A stretch of DNA of 64,000 nucleotides, taken from Thermoplasmata archaeon (GTDB lineage Archaea; Thermoplasmatota; Thermoplasmata; Thermoplasmatales; GCA-001856825). Each line of letters opens with the position of its first letter. Positions within the stretch are counted from its first letter, which is position 1. The stretch spans positions 192,001 through 256,000 of the forward strand of contig JAJYUZ010000002.1 in NCBI GenBank assembly GCA_021792255.1, written 5' to 3'. This document shows positions 19,102 to 29,006 of the stretch, piece after piece. Position numbers and translations under genes: made by a program. Under the pieces are notes generated by a model. It was not told where the DNA came from. It was given only the letters and a program-made list of their open reading frames with translations, and searched no databases.

Positions 19102-19371
19102 TTGGGGAAAGTCGCGGTTGCTTTCAAGGTAATGCCTTCCGACGAAAACAAGGATTTGACCGTGATTGAAAAGGGTCTTAAGGCTGATCTCTCCAAGAAT
19201 TTTGCACTGGGAAATTGCACAGTCGAAGAGCTCGCCTTTGGTATTAAGGTCCTGAAGCTCATCGTCATTATGGGTGACGAGGGTGGACTAGTCGACAGTG
19301 TGGAGCAAAGGATACGCTCATTTTCGGACGTCGGGGAAGTAGAGATAGAGGAAGTTTCCCTTATTTCTTAA
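19102..19371 (+). CDS. ef1b: Elongation factor 1-beta
   Basis: KVMP, LAFGIKVL, DEGG. Confidence 0.93.
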   Translation: MGKVAVAFKVMPSDENKDLTVIEKGLKADLSKNFALGNCTVEELAFGIKVLKLIVIMGDEGGLVDSVEQRIRSFSDVGEVEIEEVSLIS

Positions 19372-19428
19372 TTTTAAACCTCGAGTTTTTATATCAGAAT
19401 TTCTAGGATATATCGATAAAAAAAGAAG

Positions 19429-20385
19429 ATGACATTTGACATTAAAACGACCAGAAGCGTAGTGGTCAGGGCACTTCTGGGTGATCTGCTCATCGCAGTC
19501 TCAAAGTACGTTGCAGCTGTCCTTAGCGGAAGTGCAGCTCTACTAGCTGAAGCCATTCACTCCTCATCCGATACCGTAAACCAGTTCCTCCTCCTGCTTG
19601 GATACAACCTAAGTACCAAAAAGGACGCATCTAAATTTCCGTTCGGCAGGGGAAGAGAGCAGTTTTTCTGGTCTTTCGTCGTTTCAATTCTCGTCTTTGG
19701 AATATCAGGCGTGCTCACATTCGTTGAGGGAATCATCAAGCTCACGACTCCATACAGCATCTCAGATTCCAAAATAGCGTACCTCGTTCTTGCATTCTCG
19801 TTTGCGGTAGATGGATACGTTCTCCTCATATCTACCAGGTTCTTTCTTTCAAAGTACAGAAAACAGGGGTATCATGACGTATTTGCATTTATCACGGACT
19901 TCAAGGATCCGGTTTTGCTGACTGCGCTGATCGAGGACACCGCAGCACTAGCGGGGGTGATCACAGCGTTTTTTGGCATAACTCTCTCACTCATAACGAG
20001 AAACAATGTGTACGATGCTTCTTCTTCGATCGTTATAGGACTCATAATGATGGGGTCTGGAATATACCTCTCGAAAGAAAGCAAGGATCTGCTGATTGGA
20101 GAGGGTATTTCTACGAGGGATCAGAAGAAGATAGAAGCGATATTGAACTCGATTCACTCGGTCAACAAGATCCTAGACATAAAGGCAATATATCAGGGTC
20201 CTGAGAAAGTTTTACTCGCTATGGACCTCAACTTCAGGGACGGACTGAGTACGAGCGATATTGAGAAAGCCATTGATGAGATCGAGCACGCTATTAAATC
20301 GTCCATCCCTTACGTAGAAAGGATCTACGTTGAAGCCGAAGAAAAGATGCCAGATCAGAAACAACCTGAATTTTCAAATTCCTAA
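19429..20385 (+). CDS. Cation diffusion facilitator transporter
   Basis: AEAIHSSSD, FPFGRGRE, EDTAA, C-terminal dimerisation domain. Confidence 0.92.
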   Translation: MTFDIKTTRSVVVRALLGDLLIAVSKYVAAVLSGSAALLAEAIHSSSDTVNQFLLLLGYNLSTKKDASKFPFGRGREQFFWSFVVSILVFGISGVLTFVEGIIKLTTPYSISDSKIAYLVLAFSFAVDGYVLLISTRFFLSKYRKQGYHDVFAFITDFKDPVLLTALIEDTAALAGVITAFFGITLSLITRNNVYDASSSIVIGLIMMGSGIYLSKESKDLLIGEGISTRDQKKIEAILNSIHSVNKILDIKAIYQGPEKVLLAMDLNFRDGLSTSDIEKAIDEIEHAIKSSIPYVERIYVEAEEKMPDQKQPEFSNS

Positions 20386-21219
20386 GTCTCTGAGTTTCTG
20401 TATCCTCACTTCTGTTGACGGATGAGTTGAAAACATTTTTTTTACTGTCGAGCCTCCGAGAGGATTGACGATGAAGAGACTTGTGGTTGCAGGATTTGCG
20501 TTCTGCATCGGCTTCCTGCTGTTCCACATTTCAAGTTTTGTCAGGGCACTAATTAATCCTTCGGAGGAGTTGTTGATCTTGGCTCCGTGTTCATCTGCGT
20601 ACAGTTCTCTCTGTCTGGATATAGCCAACTGTAACATCAGAGCACCTACCGCAGCTACCAGCAGGATGACCATCACTATTATGTCCTGACCACCTCTCCT
20701 TCCACCGAACAGAGCATTGAATCCAAATATCCTTGCTCCTATCATCAGTGCTGAAGCGATGGTTGCAGCTACAGTTACCACTAGAATATCGTTATGTTTG
20801 ATGTGTCCGAGCTCGTGGCCAATAACTCCTCTCAGCTCTTTCTCGTTCAACACGTTGAGTATAGTCCTGGTGAAGACTATGTACGCATTTTTCTTGTTTC
20901 GACCAGTGGCAAAAGCGTTGGGAACAGGTATGTCCGCAATGGCAATCTTTGGCATGGGAAGTTCAGCATTTTGGGATATGTCTCTCACAATTGCAAATAG
21001 TTTGGGTTCTTCATTCTCTTGGATTAGTTTCGCGCGGTAACTCCACATCACAAGTCTGTAAGAGAAAAAATAGGAAACAAGATTCATCAGTGCTGCAAAG
21101 CAAGCAAAAACGATCAACCAACCGAGCACATCTCCTACGAAGTACCCTATAATCAATCCCGCAAGTACGAATATGAGGAAGAGAAACATGAATGCTATTA
21201 CCAATCTAAATCTGCTCAC
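20374..21219 (-). CDS. htpX: Zinc metalloprotease HtpX (M48)
   Basis: PNAFATG, HELGH, SRQRELYAD, FSTHP. Confidence 0.95.
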   Translation of the reverse strand: MSRFRLVIAFMFLFLIFVLAGLIIGYFVGDVLGWLIVFACFAALMNLVSYFFSYRLVMWSYRAKLIQENEEPKLFAIVRDISQNAELPMPKIAIADIPVPNAFATGRNKKNAYIVFTRTILNVLNEKELRGVIGHELGHIKHNDILVVTVAATIASALMIGARIFGFNALFGGRRGGQDIIVMVILLVAAVGALMLQLAISRQRELYADEHGAKINNSSEGLISALTKLEMWNSRKPMQNANPATTSLFIVNPLGGSTVKKMFSTHPSTEVRIQKLRDLGI

Positions 21220-21375
21220 GGAATCCGAAGCGAAAATATGGATTTAACCGTTTTCGATATACTTTTTGCTTTAAACATAAAATATATAAAATATAAATTT
21301 TCCAGCAAGGAAAAATCATAACAACTGTTTAATAGTAATTGTAATTACCAGACATCTTTAGGGGGTTATACCAAG

Positions 21376-24279
21376 ATGCTTAATAAATCTGGAAAAACAG
21401 CAGCTCTGTTCGTCATCACTTTAATGGTGATGGGAGGACTCTTGGGAGCGGCATTCGGCCAAGTACAGGGAGCAGAAAAAGTGTCATTTAGTTTTACGGT
21501 GCTGGGGAATGGACAAGCCCCGGCGACTGGAGTTAATGTTGAACTCGAGAGCGCGAATGGAGTAGTTTTAGCAAGCACCACGTCGAGCCCCAGTGTAACA
21601 TTCCAGGCATATCCTGGAAGCTACATAGTTTACATTCCGAGCCAGTTTGTTTCATCTGGATCAATAGTCTACAATGCGTACCAAGCCAGCGTGAGTGTGA
21701 AGGACAATGGAACCGTATATGACGGAAATTCCGTGTTTCAGTATGCAAATGTAGGTTATTTGTCAGCGACCTCTTATGTGTACGCCACAGTGAAAGGAAT
21801 CACTTCTGCTCAGATAACTTCGGTCTACCTCGAATTGCCAAATGGTCTTGATATGATGGCAACGAAGGTCAATGCATCTAATCCAAATTCTGGATATGCT
21901 GTGACCACCATTTCGGGATCGCAGATCCTGACGGTGGAATACACCTCCACATCAAGGGCATTTTATTCGATACAACTGACCAACATATCCTCTAGCAAGA
22001 ACAACAGCGTTGTCGCTAACATCTCGTCTTCACAGAATGTCCAGGGCACAGTAGTTTCGACCAAGGGAACATCTGTAAATAGAGTAGAAGTATCTATTTA
22101 CCAGTCTGGAGTTTTACTCTCTGCAGACGTGTTCTCGAACGGCTATTACTATCTTTCACTTTCACCCGGAACCTACAATCTTGTGATATCATCGCCGGGT
22201 TATCTGCCAACCGTACGCTCTGTCACCACGACTTCTGGGGGAACAGCTACTTTTCAAACGATTACACTCACTCCTTCCAATGTCGAGCAACTACAGTCAA
22301 TTTCTTTCGGTTCTAACTTCCAGAACGTTACAATAAGCGGAGGAGTCACTTTGACAAACGCAACAGTTCTACCATTTCTCCCATATTCAAACGCAGGATC
22401 ACTCTACAATCAAATGCACTTGAACAATCTGAGCCCGGGCGAACTCTGGGCATTACTAAACGTGACCGTTCCGTACTCTACGGCGAACACGGTATTGTAC
22501 AACAATTACTCATACAACTCTACTGGAATTCACACAACATTCGCTGTTGGAACTGGCGGTACATACAAGTTCAATTATACTGCTACTTACTACCAATCAA
22601 AGGTGGCGGTTCAGAGTTATAGTACCATCAGGATATATGTCAACAAGAATGACAACAATACTACTGCACTTACATACATATCTCAACTCAGCATTCCTGC
22701 CTCTTATCAGAGGGCAAACATTGTGAGTTCGAGCCTAGCAACGGTCTCCGGCTACTCCGGAACAATCAGCATAACTAACAGCAGTTTCAATGGGTTCCTG
22801 ACCATCAAGATTGCCCCTCAATCAAAGCCAATACTGAAATTATCTCAAATCTCTGCGACTTGGAATAATTCTTTTGAATCGACTATATCATCCAACACTT
22901 CCTCCAACTTTACCCTTGTAGTTCCGGTAGGTAAACAGGTCACTCTGAATGCGAGCAAAGTTCCCTACGATAGCGTCCTGGGTACAGACAACTACGCCGA
23001 AATGAACTTCACATGGACGTTCGGAACCTCTACCACAATTTATGGGTACAACATCTCGTACACATTCACGAACGGATCTCATCTCGTTTCACTTACGGTG
23101 ACAAGCTCAAGCGGTGTAAAGAATGAAACAAATCTGACCATTATAGGTGATTCGCTTAATCCCCAATTCAACCTGAGGGTAATACAGAACGGTGGACTTA
23201 AGATGAATCAGACGACAACTCACTCAGTATCATATGTGCTGTGGGTAAACCAGACTCAAACCGTTTACTTCAATTCCGTAAAATCTAAGGATTTACTTCC
23301 TTCTGGTCAATCGACGGGAATACCAATTTCTGTGACATGGGTCATAGCTGGTTCCAGCGAGACGGGAACGAACGTATCTTATTCTTTCGGTATCCCGACA
23401 TTCAATTCAACGGTTGAACACGCGTACGCCACAGTCGAGAATGGAGTTGGAAGCACCTTTAATGTCAGCCTGACGATACACGTCAATGATACAACACCTC
23501 CAGTTGTCGCACTCCAGATATTCAATGCTTCTTCTGGCAAAGTTACTAGTTCAACCAAGCAAGATCAGAACGTCACTCTGAATGCATCCAAGAGCTACGC
23601 GCCAAATGGCGGGCACATAGTTTCCTATACGTGGTACTTTACCTATTCAAACGGAACCGTTGCCAAGTCCAACGTGGATTACAAAGTTTACAGCTCATCT
23701 TCTAACAATTCCTCTCTGACTATTGCATTCCTTCAATACGGCAATTTTGAAATAAAAGTAAAAGCAGTAGATCAGTCAAACAACACGGGAACCGCGTCTC
23801 AGAGTCTGAGCGTGATTGCAGTTGGTCCAGAAATAGAGATAATGAACATAACGTATCCCAAGAGCTATGTCGAGGGATCTTCCTCGGTCTTGAAGTTCGA
23901 TCTGAAGAACGTTGGAATTGAGTCTGCTACGAGCTACTACATAACCGTAAAGATCGCAGGAAAGACTGTCAAGAACGAGACGTTCACCAATCTCTCCTCG
24001 AACCAGTCTACTAATGTATCGGTGACGTTTGCTCCTCCGAGCTCTGGAAGCTATTCTATGGTCATGAGTGTACATGCACTAAATGAGCCATCATTCTTCA
24101 ACACTAACACCTCCGTAACAAAAGCGATTTCAGTGGCGCAAGCCGCATGGAAACTGCCAGCCCTGGTTGGAGGTATAGTGGTTGCAATCGGAGTACTTTC
24201 GTTCGTCTACTACGACGTCACGGTCAGAAGAAAGAGGCCCAAGGAAGTTAAGCAGCCAAAGAAGCAGCTAAAAGTCTAA
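21376..24279 (+). CDS. Large cell-surface glycoprotein (carboxypeptidase-regulatory-like, PKD and CARDB-like domains)
   Basis: Signal peptide; S/T/N-rich; PKD-like LNASKS..SYTW; C-terminal TM with basic tail. Confidence 0.8.
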   Translation: MLNKSGKTAALFVITLMVMGGLLGAAFGQVQGAEKVSFSFTVLGNGQAPATGVNVELESANGVVLASTTSSPSVTFQAYPGSYIVYIPSQFVSSGSIVYNAYQASVSVKDNGTVYDGNSVFQYANVGYLSATSYVYATVKGITSAQITSVYLELPNGLDMMATKVNASNPNSGYAVTTISGSQILTVEYTSTSRAFYSIQLTNISSSKNNSVVANISSSQNVQGTVVSTKGTSVNRVEVSIYQSGVLLSADVFSNGYYYLSLSPGTYNLVISSPGYLPTVRSVTTTSGGTATFQTITLTPSNVEQLQSISFGSNFQNVTISGGVTLTNATVLPFLPYSNAGSLYNQMHLNNLSPGELWALLNVTVPYSTANTVLYNNYSYNSTGIHTTFAVGTGGTYKFNYTATYYQSKVAVQSYSTIRIYVNKNDNNTTALTYISQLSIPASYQRANIVSSSLATVSGYSGTISITNSSFNGFLTIKIAPQSKPILKLSQISATWNNSFESTISSNTSSNFTLVVPVGKQVTLNASKVPYDSVLGTDNYAEMNFTWTFGTSTTIYGYNISYTFTNGSHLVSLTVTSSSGVKNETNLTIIGDSLNPQFNLRVIQNGGLKMNQTTTHSVSYVLWVNQTQTVYFNSVKSKDLLPSGQSTGIPISVTWVIAGSSETGTNVSYSFGIPTFNSTVEHAYATVENGVGSTFNVSLTIHVNDTTPPVVALQIFNASSGKVTSSTKQDQNVTLNASKSYAPNGGHIVSYTWYFTYSNGTVAKSNVDYKVYSSSSNNSSLTIAFLQYGNFEIKVKAVDQSNNTGTASQSLSVIAVGPEIEIMNITYPKSYVEGSSSVLKFDLKNVGIESATSYYITVKIAGKTVKNETFTNLSSNQSTNVSVTFAPPSSGSYSMVMSVHALNEPSFFNTNTSVTKAISVAQAAWKLPALVGGIVVAIGVLSFVYYDVTVRRKRPKEVKQPKKQLKV

Positions 24280-24291
24280 CCTTTTTTTACT

Positions 24292-25890
24292 TTATATTTT
24301 ATCAGATGCTTGGATACCAAGCATCTGAAACAATTCTTCCATTGTTTTTGCATAGGTCCTGACTATCTCCACTCTCTTTTGGAAATTCTCCCCGCTGTCA
24401 ATTACTGGACAGTCCCTGTAGAACTGGTTGAACGCTCCAGCTAGTTCGAATGAGTATCTGGCTATCTTGTCTGGTCTGGAATGGGTCGCGGCTTCTTCTA
24501 CTATTTCTGGATAAATAGAAATTACCCTGAGCAAGTTGCTTTCCGGCTCGTTGAACTTCCAGACAATTTCTTCTTGCCTGTCAAGTTTTGAGAGTATGGA
24601 TTTGGCCCTTGCGTAGGCATACATTACGAAAGGAGCGGCATCTCCATCAAAATTTAGGGCATCCTTCCAATCGAAAGTGACCGGTTTATCTGGTGAATAC
24701 CTGATGATATTGTACCTGACGGCTGCGACTCCAACCTTGTTCGATATTTCTTCGACCTCTTCCTCGGACAGGTCGGTTCTCCGCTTCAGGATCTCTTCCT
24801 TGGCTAGATTCACTGCTTCTTCTATCAGGTCTCTGACATACACGACATTACCCTTCCTTGTGCTCATTTTGCCCTCCTTCGTGGTTATGTACGAGTAGAA
24901 TAACGCTCCAACGTTGTCGACACCAAGGAGGTCCATTGCGAACTCCATCTTCTTGAAGTAAGATTTATGGTCCTCTCCGAGAACAGCTATAGAATTGTCG
25001 AATTCTGAAGACTTCTTCAAGTGATGAGCAATATCTCTGGTGAAATAAACCGATGTCCCATTTGATCGAAGCAAGTACATCTTGCCCTGTTTTGATTCCA
25101 GATACTTGGCACCGTTATCGTCCTTTAATAGGGGGGTCAATCTTGCAATAATCTCCCCGACGGATCCGTTTAGAATGAACTCGCTCTCCCATACAAAGAA
25201 ATCAAATTTGATGGATAGTCTCTCCAGGTCATTCAGTACATCACCTAGGAACACTTCCAGTTTATCTTTCGACTCCTTCAAGAATCTTTTATCTCCAGAC
25301 TCTGCCTTGACCATGAATTCTTCGACTCTTGCCTTGTACTTATCAAAATCTTCGTAAACCTTCCGGTACGATTCCGTATAATTTTCCATTCCATAGAGTT
25401 CGACTCCTAGCAGGAGAGCTTCAACCTGCGTTCCTATGTCATTTACATAGTATTCAGTCGTAACGTCATATCCAAATTTCGCAAGGATTCTTGAGAACGT
25501 ATCTCCAATTATGGAATTTCTGACTCTACCTATGTGCAGCGGTCCCGTTGGATTTGCACTCGTGTGTTCGACCAGGATCTTATCCTTCTTCTTTTCAAAC
25601 TGGAATAGCTCGTTATTCCCTCCCTCTTCAAGTACCGTTTTACAAAATTCCTGATCATCGTATTTCACATTGACGAATTTTCCAACTGAAGAAAAAGTCA
25701 CATAACGATCGCTGAGGGAATTGATTTCCTCCACATCCAGACTGACTTTGCTTTTCTGAAAGTCAAATGAAAGATCACCGAAGTTCTTCTGTGGCCTATA
25801 AGTCCGATAATTCTTTTCCATAGATCGACTTGACAAGAATGAATCCATCTTCTCTCTTGCAATAGCATCGAACTTCTGGTATGGTTTCAT
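24292..25890 (-). CDS. argS: Arginine--tRNA ligase
   Basis: EHTSANPTGPLHIGRVRN, KMSTRKG, YAYAR. Confidence 0.97.
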   Translation of the reverse strand: MKPYQKFDAIAREKMDSFLSSRSMEKNYRTYRPQKNFGDLSFDFQKSKVSLDVEEINSLSDRYVTFSSVGKFVNVKYDDQEFCKTVLEEGGNNELFQFEKKKDKILVEHTSANPTGPLHIGRVRNSIIGDTFSRILAKFGYDVTTEYYVNDIGTQVEALLLGVELYGMENYTESYRKVYEDFDKYKARVEEFMVKAESGDKRFLKESKDKLEVFLGDVLNDLERLSIKFDFFVWESEFILNGSVGEIIARLTPLLKDDNGAKYLESKQGKMYLLRSNGTSVYFTRDIAHHLKKSSEFDNSIAVLGEDHKSYFKKMEFAMDLLGVDNVGALFYSYITTKEGKMSTRKGNVVYVRDLIEEAVNLAKEEILKRRTDLSEEEVEEISNKVGVAAVRYNIIRYSPDKPVTFDWKDALNFDGDAAPFVMYAYARAKSILSKLDRQEEIVWKFNEPESNLLRVISIYPEIVEEAATHSRPDKIARYSFELAGAFNQFYRDCPVIDSGENFQKRVEIVRTYAKTMEELFQMLGIQASDKI

Positions 25891-25913
25891 TTTAGAGGGA
25901 TATTTATGGCATA

Positions 25914-26756
25914 TTAAAATGCATTCAGGTTCGTCTGGCTGTCCTTTCTAACGATCTTAATGCCCATGTACTTCTGAAACTCTGCCGCATTGACGGCAGC
26001 TTTAGCCTGAGCGTGATTGTTGAAATATACGAACACATCGTCTCCCATCGTTCTCACCCTTTCGACCCAAGGGACGAGTTCTTCTTCAGAGTACAGATAG
26101 TCATACTTGTTCAGCCTCCCCTTAAGTTCCCCTTTCCCATACCAAAGGTCATTGTTACGTCCGTGAAACCTGACGTAGGAGAACGATGACGTCGGGTAGT
26201 AAAAGAAGGGGAGCCCTGGAGAATCCACACTTACCAGGGCAACGTTGTATTTCTTGAGCAAACTAAGGAAACCCGGTAGTATGTTATTTGCGAGAAAATT
26301 CTTGTTCCTAATCTCAACCGAGAGCCTGTAGTCGGAATGGATAGAAATGAACAATTTTTCCAATCTTTCCAGGACTTGTTCGTCTCTCAAAGGATCAAGG
26401 AAAGGAGAGAGTTGAAGTAGCGCAGATCCAAGAAAACCAGAATTCCGTATCGGAAGGATCACCTTTGTGACGAATTCTTTTGCGGTTTCAATGGACTTGT
26501 CCGTAATGCCTTCCTGGTCGTGTGTCACTTCTCTGGGAAACTTCAGAGAATAGAGAAAGTCCTCCTTCCCCTGAATCTTGGATATCCATGAATTCACTGT
26601 CTTATCTCCAGGGAATGAGTAATATGTCGAGTCTATCTCAACAGAGTTGAAGAATTTGTAATAGTAAAGCAGGTACTTGCTCTCTTCCATTCCTTTGGGG
26701 TAGAACGTCTCTTTCCAATCCTCATACTGGAAACCAGAGCATCCCAGATATAGCAT
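25914..26756 (-). CDS. DUF72 (YecE-like) protein
   Basis: GCSGFQY..W, VEIDSTYY, YVRFHGR, YDYLYS, YFNNH. Confidence 0.93.
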   Translation of the reverse strand: MLYLGCSGFQYEDWKETFYPKGMEESKYLLYYYKFFNSVEIDSTYYSFPGDKTVNSWISKIQGKEDFLYSLKFPREVTHDQEGITDKSIETAKEFVTKVILPIRNSGFLGSALLQLSPFLDPLRDEQVLERLEKLFISIHSDYRLSVEIRNKNFLANNILPGFLSLLKKYNVALVSVDSPGLPFFYYPTSSFSYVRFHGRNNDLWYGKGELKGRLNKYDYLYSEEELVPWVERVRTMGDDVFVYFNNHAQAKAAVNAAEFQKYMGIKIVRKDSQTNLNAF

Positions 26757-26839
26757 TTCATTTTAATATTCAAACTCGAAATTAAATTTTTCTATATAGC
26801 CTTAGGAAAACTTTTATTGCAACCTATTATTATTAAAGC

Positions 26840-27070
26840 ATGAAAAAGGTAGACCTTAGCAAATTGGACTACGATATATCCTTCAAGATCAAGATGGAGG
26901 CCTACCTATATGTTGAAGCGGACAAGATGCTGGAGGCTGGAAAGGGAGATCCGAAGAAGCTTGGAAGGTACATGAGGAAGAGAATAGAAATTATTGAGGA
27001 GCTACTGAAAATAGGCAGACCGTTTAAACTCGTGGAAGGAAAGGAGAGTCTTCTGGAAGTGAGCAAATGA
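26840..27070 (+). CDS. Small hypothetical protein
   Basis: 76 aa; ATGA overlap with the CBS gene. Confidence 0.65.
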   Translation: MKKVDLSKLDYDISFKIKMEAYLYVEADKMLEAGKGDPKKLGRYMRKRIEIIEELLKIGRPFKLVEGKESLLEVSK

Positions 27071-27606
27071 ACTTCATAAGCGTCTCCGAAGTGATGTCCC
27101 GGAATCCTATAAGGGTCGAATCATCCGTGACCGCAGAGGAGGGGGCTAAAATGATGGCAAAAAAGGGGATAAGTTCCCTACTGATTGAGGAAGAAAGAAA
27201 AATAATTGGCATAGTGACGGAAAGGGATATAGTAACGAAAATAGCTGCGAACGGACTATCTGCCGGTGAAATAAAGCTAAAGGAAATAATGAGCTCTCCT
27301 CTAGTTCATGTAGAAGGAGACAGTCCTCTTGAAACTGCAGCCGAACTGATGTGGAAGAGGAAAATTAGAAGACTACCCGTGGTAATTAACAACGAAATTG
27401 TAGGCATCCTTACGGAAAATGATATAGTCAGAATATCTCCGGGTCTGATCGAGATAACAAGGGGGATATTAGATAGCAGGAATCAGGGCGTTGTGAAAGG
27501 CATCCACGGAGTGTGCGATTCCTGCAATGAATTTTCGGAGAATCTTGTATACAAGGCAGGAAACTATTATTGCGAACGCTGTTACTCTGAAAAGGGCACT
27601 ATGTAA
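27067..27606 (+). CDS. CBS-pair protein with C-terminal Zn ribbon
   Basis: Two CBS repeats (GIVTERD, GILTEND) plus CDSC..CERC. Confidence 0.9.
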   Translation: MNFISVSEVMSRNPIRVESSVTAEEGAKMMAKKGISSLLIEEERKIIGIVTERDIVTKIAANGLSAGEIKLKEIMSSPLVHVEGDSPLETAAELMWKRKIRRLPVVINNEIVGILTENDIVRISPGLIEITRGILDSRNQGVVKGIHGVCDSCNEFSENLVYKAGNYYCERCYSEKGTM

Positions 27607-27637
27607 AGATATTTTATCAAGATGACATATTGAACAG

Positions 27638-28717
27638 GTGCAAGCAAGAGCCGAGCTAGATCTATCAAGAGGGAAGGTGGAGCTTCCACTCTTTCTACCA
27701 GTTGCAACTCGAGGTTTCGTCAAGGCAACCCCGATGCAAAAAATCAATGAGATGAACATAAAGGCGCTCATATCCAATTCCGTTCATCTGACAATTTCGC
27801 CGGGATTGGAGACTCTGGAGAAGACTGAAGGGATAAATGGATATACGGGTTTTAAAGGCAGTTATTTCACTGACTCCGGGGGTTTTCAGATACTGAGAAA
27901 GGAGTTAGTTAAGGTAGAAAGGGATGGGATCCTATTCAGAGATAGGAAATCTGGAAAAGCCATAAGAGTGACGCCTGAGGTCAGTTCTGAAATTCAAAGC
28001 AAGATAAGATCTGATGTAGCAATGATGCTTGATGATTGTCCTCCCTACGGCGCAGAAACCAAAAGATATTCTCAGTCAGTGAAGAGGACCTATGAATGGG
28101 GAAAGATATTCTCTTCACTTAAAGCTCACAATCAGAAAAGATTCGGTATCATCCAAGGAGGATTTGAAGGAGAACTGAGGTCTGAGAGTGCAAGATTGAT
28201 GACTTCCTTAGAATTTGATGGGTTTGCGATAGGAGGGTTGAAGATAGGCGAGCCTAAGGAATTCACTGACAGAGTTCTTGCAAAGACAATTCCTCTGATT
28301 CCAAAGGAATATCCAGTTTATCTTATGGGAGTTGGAGATCCTCTCTCCATAGTTGAATATACCAAGGCAGGAATAGACATTTTTGATTCGACCTATCCTA
28401 CGAGAAATGCCAGACATGGATTTGCGTTGACCAATGGTGGTCCAGTCAATTTAAAGAATGCTAAACACTCTAACGACTTTCAACCGATAGAAAGTGGTTG
28501 TTCCTGTGAAACTTGCACTTTCTACGACAAGTCGATGCTGAGGGAACTGCACAAGAATGAGGATCCTTCTTTTCAATACTTGATGACTATCCATAATCTG
28601 GACTTTATGCAGAGATTCATGGAATCAGTCCGAAATGATACTGAAAAGGCGTGGTCAATTGCCAAGAATTTCAGCAAAGTCAATAACTCAGAAGTCAATT
28701 ACGACAAAGTTGGGTAG
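27638..28717 (+). CDS. tgt: tRNA-guanine transglycosylase, bacterial (preQ1/G34) type
   Basis: PVAT, DSGGFQ, LDDCPPY, IIQGG, GGLKIGE, YLMGVG, FDSTYPTRNARHG, CSCETC..HN; 359 aa with no archaeal C-terminal/PUA domains. Confidence 0.9.
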   Translation: MQARAELDLSRGKVELPLFLPVATRGFVKATPMQKINEMNIKALISNSVHLTISPGLETLEKTEGINGYTGFKGSYFTDSGGFQILRKELVKVERDGILFRDRKSGKAIRVTPEVSSEIQSKIRSDVAMMLDDCPPYGAETKRYSQSVKRTYEWGKIFSSLKAHNQKRFGIIQGGFEGELRSESARLMTSLEFDGFAIGGLKIGEPKEFTDRVLAKTIPLIPKEYPVYLMGVGDPLSIVEYTKAGIDIFDSTYPTRNARHGFALTNGGPVNLKNAKHSNDFQPIESGCSCETCTFYDKSMLRELHKNEDPSFQYLMTIHNLDFMQRFMESVRNDTEKAWSIAKNFSKVNNSEVNYDKVG

Positions 28718-28783
28718 GTGGCAGAGCGGCTATGCACGGGACTGCAGATCCCGACTATTGGGGTTCGAATCCCCACCTACCCT
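28712..28783 (+). tRNA. tRNA-Cys (GCA), no encoded CCA, no intron
   Basis: Acceptor GGGTAGG/CCTACCC, anticodon arm CGGGA-CTGCAGA-TCCCG, T arm TGGGG-TTCGAAT-CCCCA, discriminator U. Confidence 0.97.
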
Positions 28784-29006
28784 TGAACAATTTGAGTTCG
28801 GGTACAAGAGCGTCCATTTAACGTAGGAGACCACGTATAATGGGACTTCCTGAAATGATATTTTAGAATTCAACAAGGAATTATTCGAACATTCCTATAA
28901 CCCATACGATTTGAGTCTCCGCCTACCAGAACGGCCTCAAGCCTTCTATTCGTGTGACTTACGAATGGAGGAATCGCTATGATGGAAGGAAGGTTTGAAG
29001 TGGGAG

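Noticed and set aside
28878-28945. Degenerate tRNA-Leu-like sequence on the minus strand (..CTGGTAGGCGGAGACTCAAATC..TTCGAAT)
   Set aside because: The stems do not close into a cloverleaf; probably chance.
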